Shown piece after piece: positions 8,415 to 17,247 of a DNA stretch of 64,000 nt. Both the position numbers and the translations under genes were made by a program. Below the pieces are notes generated by a model. That model was given only the letters and a program-made list of their open reading frames with translations. It was not told the DNA's origin and made no database searches. Positions within the stretch are counted from its first letter, which is position 1, and each line of letters starts with the position of its first letter. This DNA comes from an uncultured bacterium (GTDB lineage Bacteria; Eisenbacteria; RBG-16-71-46), in contig CAYONG010000285.1 of assembly GCA_964405235.1 (NCBI GenBank), forward strand, positions 1,552-65,551, read 5' to 3'.

Positions 8415-11400
8415 TCACTGGAGCCAGACGATGCGGCGATCGATCCGCACACCCCCCGTGGTCAGGCGGGTGAAGTAGATCCCCGGCCGCGCGTTGCTGC
8501 CGCCGTCCATTGCGCCGTCCCAGCGCAGCGAGTGCCAGCCAGCATCGCGGTCGCCGCTGGTCAACGTGCGAATGCGACGGCCCGAGACGTCGAACACCTC
8601 GACCACGACCCTTGCGGCCCCTGGGAGTCCCAGCGCAAACGCCGCCTCCTCCCGTGCCGGGTTTGCGCCGAGTAGCAACAGCTCGGGCGACGACGGCGGT
8701 TCCTCCATCGACACCAACCCGCTGCCCTTCTTGGGCTTCTTTACCTTTATGGTATCCGCGCCCGAGAACGGCTTGGCGCCGACCATGCCGGTCAGCCGCA
8801 CCTGAACCTGGTCGCCCAGCTGGAACTTGGCGTCGAGCACGGTGCGGCTGAACATCAATTTCATCTCCTGAACGCCGTCAGAGTCACGATCGGCCATGAC
8901 GAACCCGGGCAAGGCCTGCACGGTTTCATTGAGCCGCACGCTGAGCGGATCGATGTTGGCCGACAGGAACGGGAGCGGCAGCTCGATGGACACACTTGCG
9001 GTCTGATCCTTAGCGCCGAGGTGATAGATCTTGGGATCGAAGAAGATCTCCGCCACTGGCGGCGGCAGCTCGAGCGGACCGTAGATCCGGGCGGTGCCCG
9101 ACCCTTCGTTCGCCACCACCATGCGGGGGCCCGCCGGCTCCACGGCCACCCCGGCCGGTGACAGGTCGGTGGCCTTGCGCTCCACGAGCTCGACCGTCAC
9201 CTCGGAGCCGGGGATGACGCTGGCGCCCGCACTCCCGGAGGTGAAGCCGATCTTGAACCGCAGGACCTCGTTGTTGGACGTCGTCACGTAGGCCGAGCCC
9301 CCGTCGGTGGTGACCACCACGCCCGTGCCGCCCGAACCGATCGAGGTCTTCGACACCACCCGGTGCTTGGTGGCGCTCTGGGGGACGATGTCGACAATCA
9401 GCAGCTCGCCATCCACAGTCAGCACCGCCACAAATCGGGTGCCGTCGGTCGAGATCGCGACTCCGCTGCCCCCCGAGCCGGTCGCGGTCTTGGATACCAC
9501 CCGCTGGTCGGGCGGCACGCCAGGCCTGAGATCCAGCTCGATCAGCTGTCCATCCCGGGTCAGCACGTAGCCACGGGTGCCGTCGGTGGTGACCACCACG
9601 CCCGTGCCGCCCGAGCCGGTCGTCGTCTTGGCAACGACCCGGTTGTAGGTGCCGTTCTCGGGATCGGCGTCGATGAAGCTGACGGTGCCCTGGTCGTCGG
9701 CATGGACCGCCACGATCTGGGGGCCGATCGGGTTGACCGCCACGTCCACGGGCTCCGGATCCACCGGGATGCGCGCGATCTCCCGATTGAATGTGGCCGA
9801 CAGCGGGTTCACGTCGATCACGCTCAGGTCGTTGCTGCTGGTGTTCGCCACGTACGCCTGCTGGATTCCGGGGACGATCGCGATGCCCTGTGGCCGAAGG
9901 CCCACGGTGATGCTCCTGAGCAGCGCCGGCGGGTCGAGCCGGATGGCGCTCACCGTGCTGGTGGCGGGATTGGTGATGTATGCATGGCGCCCGTCCTCGG
10001 TGATGGCGATGTCGCGCGCGCCTGGAGAGATCCGGATGTCGTCGATGATCTCGCCGAGCACCGCCGGAGCCGGCAGAGTGTATTGAACCGGGTTGCTGGT
10101 CACCGCCCCGACCGTCACGGTGACCGGCCCGCTCGCCGCGCCCTGGGGAACGTTGACTCGAAGCTCTTCGAAGTTGGAGGTGAGCACATCCGCCAGCACG
10201 CCGTTGAAGCTCACGATGTTCTGGGCCGGCACCAGGCTGAACCCCTGGCCCGCGAGCACCACCGGAGTCGCGATCGGCGCCGAGGGGGGCATGATGGACT
10301 GCACCGAGAGCGGCGGCTCGGCCTGAACCGTGAACGTGGCGCTGGCCTCGGCCGTCGTGGCCTGGCCCTCCACATCGAGCGTGCCGGCCAGGACTTTGAT
10401 GGTGCAGATCTTGCCGAATGGCAGGCTCTGGCTGGGTCGGAGCACCACGACACGGCCGTCCTCGAGGAACTCGATCGAGCGGCCGAAGATCGCCCCGTTG
10501 ACCAACAGCTGGATCTTGCCGGTGTTCAGGCTGGCCGTATCGATGCGCTGGTTGAAGCGTACGAACGCCGCGGTGCCGATGCTGATGTCGGTGGCGCCGT
10601 TGGCCGGACCGACCGCCACCACCTGCGGAACGATCTGGGTGTCGTCGCCGGTAACCTCGGCGGACACCATGAGGCTGGCGCCAGGCACGCCCAGTGCCGT
10701 GATCGTCACGGTCTCGGTTCCCGGCGTTCCCGGAAGCGTCCAGCTCACCCGGGCTTCACCGTTGGCGTCGGTGACGCGGTGGACCACGGTTCCCTGCCCA
10801 TCGAGCGAGCCGAGCCCCGAGCCCAGCTCGAAGCGCACCACCACCCCGACCTGCGGTCTTCCGATTTCGTCGGCGACCCGCACGCCGGTCGGAAGCGGAA
10901 GCGTGGTTCCGGAGGCGCCGGCCTGGTTGGCCCCCGAGACCAGCGCCATCTGACTCGCTTCGCTGAGGCTGGTGAGCGCGACGACTCCCGTTCCCGCCCC
11001 GGTGTTCCACTCCGCCACCCACAGCTGGCGGCCATCATGGGAGCGGGCGAGGGCGGCCGACGTCCGTCCGATTCCCGCGGTCGTGACCGTCGGCGGCACG
11101 ACCGCGGCCTCGATCTTCACCACATCGTTGCACGTCGCACAGCCGCCCAAGATGCCGTCGCCATCCGGCGCCGAAAGCAACTGAGAGAGCGTGACGCCAA
11201 CCGGCAGCGGATTGCCGAAATACAGCTCGGCGCCAATCGTGCCGGATGCCTCCAGATTCCAGATCGCGAGGTTGCCGTCGGCGAATGCCCCCACCGCACG
11301 GCGGCCGTTGGCCATGACCGCAATCGAGTGGATCGCGGCGGTGCCCCGCGTCGTGGTGGTGCCGACCAGAGTGCGATTGTCGAGATCCACGATCGCGGCG

Positions 11401-14400
11401 GTGCCGGCGGCGCCGATCATGGCGTGGCGCGCGTCGCGCCCGACCGCCATCGAGCGGAAGTCGAGGATGGTCGTGAGGGTGCTGATGACGGCCCGGGGCG
11501 CCGGACTCCAGAACGTGATCGCACCGGTAGCGTGGGCCACGACCATGAAGCGCCCCATCGGGTCGGACTCGATCGCGCGCGGGATCGCGACCGGCGAGGC
11601 CGCGAACGGCGTGACGGTCCCGAATGTGGGGCTCGAGGGATCGGTGTCAACCTCGAGGATCTGGGTGGTGCCGATTGAAGCCCAGATCCTGCGGCCGTCG
11701 GGGGTGTATGCCAGGCTCACGATCTGGCCCGCGGCCGCCGACAGCACCACCGTCGTCAGAAGCTCTCCGTATCGCGTGTCGTCGCCCGACCGGTAGAGGT
11801 CCAGCAACAGCGCACAGGGCGTGCTGCGAGCCACCGCGAGCTGCAGGCCGTCGGGAGAAGGCCGCACGATGTCGAGCGAGCCCACCGCCGGCGTGCCTCC
11901 ACAATCCACCGGTACCGGGTTCAGGTTGAGGCCGGTGGCCCGGGGCGTCAGTCCCTCGATGGGATCCACGACCCGCAGCGCGGCCGCGAGCGTGCGGTCG
12001 CCGTCGGCCTCGACAAATGCCAGCGCAGCGTCGTGCTGGGCGAGCATGGGCAGGGCAAACGCCACGCCCGCCGCCAGCGGCGCGGCCCGTGAGACGGCAA
12101 ACGCTCCGGCGCCGAGGTCTACCCTGGCGCCGGTCGCGGCGAGCCCCGGCGAGAGGGCGACCGACACCCGATCGCCTGGGAATGCCACCGGCGGGGTGAC
12201 GCGTACGATCTGGCCGGCGGCTCCGGTTCCGAACAGGCTGATGCTCGAGGTGCCCTGGTTGGCCACCGCGATCAGGTTCCCGTCGCCACTCACGTGAACC
12301 GCCGCGGGATTGCCTTCGGTCGCGGTCTGCGAAACCACCGAGTGGTACGAGGAGCTCATCGGATCCACGTTGACCACCTGGAGCTGGTTGAACGTGGCGT
12401 TGACGACGAACGCAGACTGCCCGCGCGGGCTCACCGCCACGTCGCGAAGGTCGCCGCCGACCTGGACGGCGCCCGCACCCGAACCGTCGAGCTGCGAGTA
12501 CAGCAATCGTCCGCCGCTCACCCCACCGCCGGTGAACAGCACCTCGCCGCCCGTGGGGGTGATCGCCGCGCCGTCGCCACCCACTTCGGGGTTTACCGCC
12601 GCGCTGACCGCGGTCGCCAGGTCGAAGCTGCGGCTGCCGGCATTGGAGGTGGCGAAAAAGACCTTGTCCGATCCAGGCGATACCGCGACACCGCCCACCA
12701 GGACCGCGTCCGGATCGCGGATCTCCCCCACCACCTGATCGCGCGTGAAGCTGCGCGGATCAATGTCGAGTTGGAAGACCACGCCCTCGAGCCGGTCGGT
12801 TACGTAGGCGCGCTTGCCCGTGCCGGCGATCGCGATGCCCTCCGGCAGCCCGACCACCGCATCGGCACCCGGCGTGCTCGCGAATTCGAGTGGAATGGTC
12901 CTGAGGATCTGGCGGAACGTGCCGCTCGCCGGGCTGGCATCCACGGCGATCACATCGCCCCGCTCGCGACGCGTGACGTAGGCGCGCGATCCATCCGGGG
13001 TGAGCGCCAGGGCGGTTCCGGCCGCCAACGGTTCCACCCGGGGGATGCGGAAGTCCTGATTCTGCGAATCGAGGCTCACGGTGGCGAATCCGCCGCTTCC
13101 CACCGCGTACACCGTCAAGCCATCGGGGGCGATCGCGACATCGGTGGGCGAGAACCCGGCGGGCAGCTGGAAGCGGTCGTTGGACGAGGGCGCCGCCTGT
13201 GGCGACGGCGGCAGGATGGTCAGGTTGAAGGCGTTGCTCGCCTCGGCGTTGACCGTGACCTGGATCGGCCCTGTGTCCGCGCCGTCGGGAATCCGGACCA
13301 CCATGGAGGAGGGCGTGACACTGGAGCCCGCCACCACCACCGGCGTGCAGGTGGGACAGAACGTGAAGCTCACGTCGTTGGACGTGCTCCCATCGAATCC
13401 AGCCCCCAGGATGGTGACGAACGCGCCCACCGGGGCCGAGCGCGGCTGGACGTCGGTGATCGCGACGTTGGGTCGCGCCTCGGTGCTGAAGGTGGTGAGG
13501 TAGGGAGCGGCGAGCGACACACCCTCCCGGTCCCGGATCCCGGTGGTCAGCTCCAGCTCGTAGCTGGTGTTGAACTCCAATGGCGGATTGGGCGCGAAGA
13601 AGAAGCTGCGATCGCCGTTGACCGTGAAGCCGCCACCACCGATCGCGGTGAGCATCCCCTGCACCCGGAGTCGGAACGTCGCCCCGGTAAGCGTGGCAGC
13701 GTCGATGCGCTCGCTGAAGTTGACCAGGATCCCGGCGTCAATCCGGACGTCGGTGGCCCCCCCGGCGGGAAAGCTCGACGTCACCTGCGGCGGCGTGGTG
13801 TCAACATTGGTGGTGACGTCAATGCCCATCACCGGCGTGCCCGCCACGACGCTCACCGCGCTGTAGGCGTCGGGGTCGTCGCTCTCGGTGCCGTTCTCGG
13901 CCGCGTCCCACCATTCGGCGGGGAAGTTGGTCACCGCGGAGGCCTCGACCCGGGCGCTGATGTATTCGGGAGTGAGCGGGTATCCGCCGATCTCGCCGTC
14001 GAGCGGAGTCACCCGCACCGCGTAGTCGCCGGCGACCAGGCGGCGCAGCACATAGGCGCCGTCCTCGTCACTGAAGTCCGTGGCCACGGAGTCCTGTGGT
14101 GTGCCGCCAATCAGCCGCACCGCGGTCACCAGGGCGCCCGCGATCGGCGCTCCGGTCCCACCGCGCCGTACGTGGCCCGCAATCGAGCCGAAGTCCGCGA
14201 ACAGGCCGGGCGACGGATAGGCCGAGGCGACCGCGGACAGGTCGTCCTCCTCCAGCGAGGCGGCTCCCGCGCCCGGCTGGAGAACGAAGAACATGGTCGC
14301 GTCCAGCACGCCGCTGTGGCTCAGGCCGAGGAAGTGACCGGCCTCGTGCGCCACCACGCTCTTGAGATCGAAGCTCCCGGGACCGGCGTTGTGGGTGGGC

Positions 14401-16376
14401 GTGCTGAAGTCGAGCGCGGGGTTGAAGATCATGTCCGCGTCCACAATCTCGCCGGGCAGGCGCGTCACGTCGTTGTACGAGCTGCGGCGCAGGAACGACG
14501 TGGTCGGCGTGACCGCCACCACGTTGGGCGGCAGCGCGATGTTGGCGTCCTCGAAGGTGATGAGATTGGTCTCGTCGAACGCCGAAGAGCTGATGTCCGC
14601 GGTGGTCGGATCCACCTGGATCGCGAGGTTCGAGCCCTGGGCTCCTTCCCAGGCCTGGAAGCCGTCCACCACCGCCTGGATGTCGCTGCCGTCGGTGATG
14701 TCGGGATGGCCGTTGGCGGAGACCGTGAAGCGGACCGGCCGGCTTGCGGACCACGACTCGGCGTGGCGCAGTGTCGCGCCCTCGTCCACGCAGCCGTCAC
14801 CATCGGCATCCTGTCCGGCGGCGCTCACGGTCGGGCACGCGTCGACAGAGTCGGCAACGCCGTCGAAGTCGGAGTCGGCACGCATCAAGTAGATCTCGAG
14901 ATTGTCAAAGAAAGGATGTCGCGTCCCCGAGAGTCCGACGTCAAAATTGCGCGAGAAGAAGCGGATCACGGCCTGGAGGGAGTCCGTCCTCACCGAGCTT
15001 CCTATTGGTGTAATTAACCCGACCGATTCTACGATGGGGTACCGCCTGCTGAATCGAAAAAATGCTGACGCGGCCTCGTCCGGGACGCCCACGAATGCGG
15101 TGGTGGCGCTCGGCCGAACGTGCATCCGGGGACGCGAATCGTTGTCGTTCTTTCCACGGAAGCGGAACTGAAAGAACCGGACATCTGTCGAGACATTCTG
15201 GAACTTGCCAGACATGCAAACGACAACATCCAACCCGTAGGCCGCAAACCAGGGAGAGATGAGTTCCACGAACGAACCCCTCTCGTTGAATCCCCTGGGC
15301 GACGTGGTCTTCCACACGCACGTCGGGTCGTTGGGGTCGAAGTTTGAAACCAGTTCGACCCGCGAATCGGGTAAAGGCGCGTCCACCACGTGGCTGGGAA
15401 TCGCAGTGGACAGCACTCCGTTGAAGGCTTTGAGCGTCCAAGCCCCGGTCGTGCCGTCCTCGCAGTCCACCGTGGGGACGATGTCGGAATCGTCCGCTGC
15501 GTCCCGGATTCTCAGATTGTCCAATACCGCGGCCCCGCGGCCGGTGGGCACACCGCCATCCTCGTTCGAGTTGCCGGTGTCGGTCTGAACGACGATACGC
15601 AGACGCGCGGGATTGGCGAGGAGCACGCTCTCGTTGCCGTCTGCGCCGGTCCGCACCTCACACTGAAAGACCCCCCGGCCCGTGACGCGCACGGTCGTGA
15701 AGTCGCTGGTCGTCGTGTGGATGCGGGAAGAGAGGAAAGCCCAGGCTCCGAAGATGGTCAGTCCCTGGACCACGAAGAATTCCGGCCCGAAGCCCGCAGC
15801 CACTATGGCCGGCGCCGTTCCCAGGTCCAGGGAGGCGTCGAAGGTGAGGATCGCGTTTGCCGGAAGCGAGAATGGTGGCGATACGATTCGCTGGCTCCAG
15901 TCGTTCCCGTATCCGTAGGGGTGGACCCAGTTCACGACCTCCTCCGGGGCCGATGTGTCGTCCGCGCCCACCCACACAGCGCGTGTTCCCATGTTCACGA
16001 CATGGGAGGAGAAAAGAACCGCGGACTCCACGAAGCGCGTTGAAACATGGGAATAGATCCGACCGGTTCGATCCCGCCCCGTCCACCCGCGCGGCAGGCA
16101 CGAGCCCGAGGGCGTGTCAAAGGTGTGGTAGCTGACGGTGAAGCTGTCGTTGGTGCTGTAGATCGGCGAGATCGCCGCCAGCGGAGCGCGGGTCGGCTTG
16201 ACGACCCGGGCCTGCGTCGCCTGGTCGGCGGTTCCCTCGATCAGCGCGTCTTCCGGAATCTCCATGAGTACCGGTTCGCTCTGCGCGCCCGCGCTGGCCG
16301 ACGTGAAGAGCATGAGGATGGTGACGAGGCCGCGGAACACCCACGCGACCGAACAGCTCGATGTCATGCGCGTCAT
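8415..16376 (-). CDS. Giant (2653 aa) secreted multidomain zinc metalloprotease with Ig-like/IPT, YVTN-type beta-propeller repeats and a FlgD-Ig/T9SS-like C-terminal tail
   Basis: Signal peptide (LVTILMLFTSASAGAQS). HEAGHFLGLSH is encoded at 14316-14348. Thrombospondin-type-3-like Ca-binding DxDxDG run (DSDFDGVADSVDACP...DADGDGCVDEG, 14781-14880). Two copies of a Big_5-like Ig + IPT/TIG + propeller module. YVTN-like strings (AYITNPATSTVSAI, AYVANTSSNDLSVIDV). C-terminal VVVEVFDVSGRRIRTL...WDG...PGIYF tail. Confidence 0.9.
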   Translation of the reverse strand: MTRMTSSCSVAWVFRGLVTILMLFTSASAGAQSEPVLMEIPEDALIEGTADQATQARVVKPTRAPLAAISPIYSTNDSFTVSYHTFDTPSGSCLPRGWTGRDRTGRIYSHVSTRFVESAVLFSSHVVNMGTRAVWVGADDTSAPEEVVNWVHPYGYGNDWSQRIVSPPFSLPANAILTFDASLDLGTAPAIVAAGFGPEFFVVQGLTIFGAWAFLSSRIHTTTSDFTTVRVTGRGVFQCEVRTGADGNESVLLANPARLRIVVQTDTGNSNEDGGVPTGRGAAVLDNLRIRDAADDSDIVPTVDCEDGTTGAWTLKAFNGVLSTAIPSHVVDAPLPDSRVELVSNFDPNDPTCVWKTTSPRGFNERGSFVELISPWFAAYGLDVVVCMSGKFQNVSTDVRFFQFRFRGKNDNDSRPRMHVRPSATTAFVGVPDEAASAFFRFSRRYPIVESVGLITPIGSSVRTDSLQAVIRFFSRNFDVGLSGTRHPFFDNLEIYLMRADSDFDGVADSVDACPTVSAAGQDADGDGCVDEGATLRHAESWSASRPVRFTVSANGHPDITDGSDIQAVVDGFQAWEGAQGSNLAIQVDPTTADISSSAFDETNLITFEDANIALPPNVVAVTPTTSFLRRSSYNDVTRLPGEIVDADMIFNPALDFSTPTHNAGPGSFDLKSVVAHEAGHFLGLSHSGVLDATMFFVLQPGAGAASLEEDDLSAVASAYPSPGLFADFGSIAGHVRRGGTGAPIAGALVTAVRLIGGTPQDSVATDFSDEDGAYVLRRLVAGDYAVRVTPLDGEIGGYPLTPEYISARVEASAVTNFPAEWWDAAENGTESDDPDAYSAVSVVAGTPVMGIDVTTNVDTTPPQVTSSFPAGGATDVRIDAGILVNFSERIDAATLTGATFRLRVQGMLTAIGGGGFTVNGDRSFFFAPNPPLEFNTSYELELTTGIRDREGVSLAAPYLTTFSTEARPNVAITDVQPRSAPVGAFVTILGAGFDGSTSNDVSFTFCPTCTPVVVAGSSVTPSSMVVRIPDGADTGPIQVTVNAEASNAFNLTILPPSPQAAPSSNDRFQLPAGFSPTDVAIAPDGLTVYAVGSGGFATVSLDSQNQDFRIPRVEPLAAGTALALTPDGSRAYVTRRERGDVIAVDASPASGTFRQILRTIPLEFASTPGADAVVGLPEGIAIAGTGKRAYVTDRLEGVVFQLDIDPRSFTRDQVVGEIRDPDAVLVGGVAVSPGSDKVFFATSNAGSRSFDLATAVSAAVNPEVGGDGAAITPTGGEVLFTGGGVSGGRLLYSQLDGSGAGAVQVGGDLRDVAVSPRGQSAFVVNATFNQLQVVNVDPMSSSYHSVVSQTATEGNPAAVHVSGDGNLIAVANQGTSSISLFGTGAAGQIVRVTPPVAFPGDRVSVALSPGLAATGARVDLGAGAFAVSRAAPLAAGVAFALPMLAQHDAALAFVEADGDRTLAAALRVVDPIEGLTPRATGLNLNPVPVDCGGTPAVGSLDIVRPSPDGLQLAVARSTPCALLLDLYRSGDDTRYGELLTTVVLSAAAGQIVSLAYTPDGRRIWASIGTTQILEVDTDPSSPTFGTVTPFAASPVAIPRAIESDPMGRFMVVAHATGAITFWSPAPRAVISTLTTILDFRSMAVGRDARHAMIGAAGTAAIVDLDNRTLVGTTTTRGTAAIHSIAVMANGRRAVGAFADGNLAIWNLEASGTIGAELYFGNPLPVGVTLSQLLSAPDGDGILGGCATCNDVVKIEAAVVPPTVTTAGIGRTSAALARSHDGRQLWVAEWNTGAGTGVVALTSLSEASQMALVSGANQAGASGTTLPLPTGVRVADEIGRPQVGVVVRFELGSGLGSLDGQGTVVHRVTDANGEARVSWTLPGTPGTETVTITALGVPGASLMVSAEVTGDDTQIVPQVVAVGPANGATDISIGTAAFVRFNQRIDTASLNTGKIQLLVNGAIFGRSIEFLEDGRVVVLRPSQSLPFGKICTIKVLAGTLDVEGQATTAEASATFTVQAEPPLSVQSIMPPSAPIATPVVLAGQGFSLVPAQNIVSFNGVLADVLTSNFEELRVNVPQGAASGPVTVTVGAVTSNPVQYTLPAPAVLGEIIDDIRISPGARDIAITEDGRHAYITNPATSTVSAIRLDPPALLRSITVGLRPQGIAIVPGIQQAYVANTSSNDLSVIDVNPLSATFNREIARIPVDPEPVDVAVNPIGPQIVAVHADDQGTVSFIDADPENGTYNRVVAKTTTGSGGTGVVVTTDGTRGYVLTRDGQLIELDLRPGVPPDQRVVSKTATGSGGSGVAISTDGTRFVAVLTVDGELLIVDIVPQSATKHRVVSKTSIGSGGTGVVVTTDGGSAYVTTSNNEVLRFKIGFTSGSAGASVIPGSEVTVELVERKATDLSPAGVAVEPAGPRMVVANEGSGTARIYGPLELPPPVAEIFFDPKIYHLGAKDQTASVSIELPLPFLSANIDPLSVRLNETVQALPGFVMADRDSDGVQEMKLMFSRTVLDAKFQLGDQVQVRLTGMVGAKPFSGADTIKVKKPKKGSGLVSMEEPPSSPELLLLGANPAREEAAFALGLPGAARVVVEVFDVSGRRIRTLTSGDRDAGWHSLRWDGAMDGGSNARPGIYFTRLTTGGVRIDRRIVWLQ
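9301..9644 (-). repeat. Intragenic tandem repeat (3 copies, period 138-141 nt) encoding about 46-aa VV[SA]KT..GSGG[TS]GV..T.DG units
   Basis: 9301-9340 and 9580-9619 are 38/40 identical (ccgtcggtggtgaccaccacgcccgtgccgcccga...). A more diverged middle copy starts at 9442. Confidence 0.85.
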
Positions 16377-16388
16377 CGTCGTCCCGGC

Positions 16389-16961
16389 CTAGCGGCCGGC
16401 CTCCGCGAGGGTGGCCTCGATCTCGCCAAGTATCCGTCGCAGCGTCACCTTGCCCGGGGTTTCCCCGGCACGCAGCGGCCGCAGCGACCGCGCGTCGCGG
16501 ATCGCGAGGCCGGGGGCGCGCCGCGCCACCACCGCCTCGCCGGTCGCCGCGTCGCGCTCGATCTCGAACTTGCCCTGAGCCAGCCCGTTCACCTGCGCCC
16601 GCCCGCGCGAGTCGCGCCACACGAACAGCAGCGCCTCCTCGCCCGCCGAGAAGAGCGGGGAGCCGGCGACGTGCGTGCGCATCCCGTTCAGCTCGCCACC
16701 CAGCTGCACCAGGGTGAGCTGAACGCCAGGGGTACCCTTGAGCGAGCGCGTCACCTGCACCGTGACCTCGGTGAAGATGTGCTTGCGGGTGACGTCGAGG
16801 AACGCGCGCGTCCCTTCTACCCTGCCGAGCACGATGTCGCTCGAACCGCGCACCAGACCGCGCGTGTCCTGATGGATGACCGTGGTGGCGTGGGCGGGGT
16901 TTGCCAGGGCGACGGCCTGGAGGAACACCCAGAGACAGGCGGTGCACGTATGGGAACGCAT
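16389..16961 (-). CDS. Small secreted hypothetical protein, first gene of the giant-protease operon
   Basis: Signal peptide MRSHTCTACLWVFLQAVALANPAHA. High GC3. The stop lies 12 nt before the giant gene start. Confidence 0.7.
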   Translation of the reverse strand: MRSHTCTACLWVFLQAVALANPAHATTVIHQDTRGLVRGSSDIVLGRVEGTRAFLDVTRKHIFTEVTVQVTRSLKGTPGVQLTLVQLGGELNGMRTHVAGSPLFSAGEEALLFVWRDSRGRAQVNGLAQGKFEIERDAATGEAVVARRAPGLAIRDARSLRPLRAGETPGKVTLRRILGEIEATLAEAGR

Positions 16962-17177
16962 GCGGCCCTCCGGAGGTATCCGGGCCGGTCGCGGTCCGAG
17001 TTACGAACGCCCCAATACAAGCCGTGACGGGGTGCACGCGAGGCGAGCCGCGAACGAACCCGCAGGAAACTCGAAGACAATCCGGGAAGGGGGTCCCGGG
17101 CGCAGCCGACAGCATCCGGCTCCATGCCGTCGGGGGATGCGGCCGAGGGCGCGACGCCAACGAGCACAACATTGAAC

Positions 17178-17206
17178 TTGGCTCCATCGGGAGTCAACTC
17201 CATAAT
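17178..17206 (+). promoter_or_regulatory. Candidate sigma70-type promoter for the TPR-CHAT gene (TTGGCT-17 nt-CATAAT)
   Basis: -35-like TTGGCT at 17178-17183, a 17-nt spacer, and -10-like CATAAT at 17201-17206, inside the 286-nt divergent intergenic region. Pattern match only. Confidence 0.2.
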
Positions 17207-17247
17207 GCGCACGGCGCCGACGGTCCCCGCACCGCGGAGCGCAGCGC

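Noticed and set aside
9363-15017. 771-aa and 907-aa plus-strand ORFs (9363..11678, 12294..15017) opposite the giant gene
   Set aside because: They are antisense to a continuous 2653-aa ORF that has a signal peptide, HExxH, IPT and YVTN motifs and a sorting tail. Their translations are runs of R/G/D/H with no domain-like pattern.
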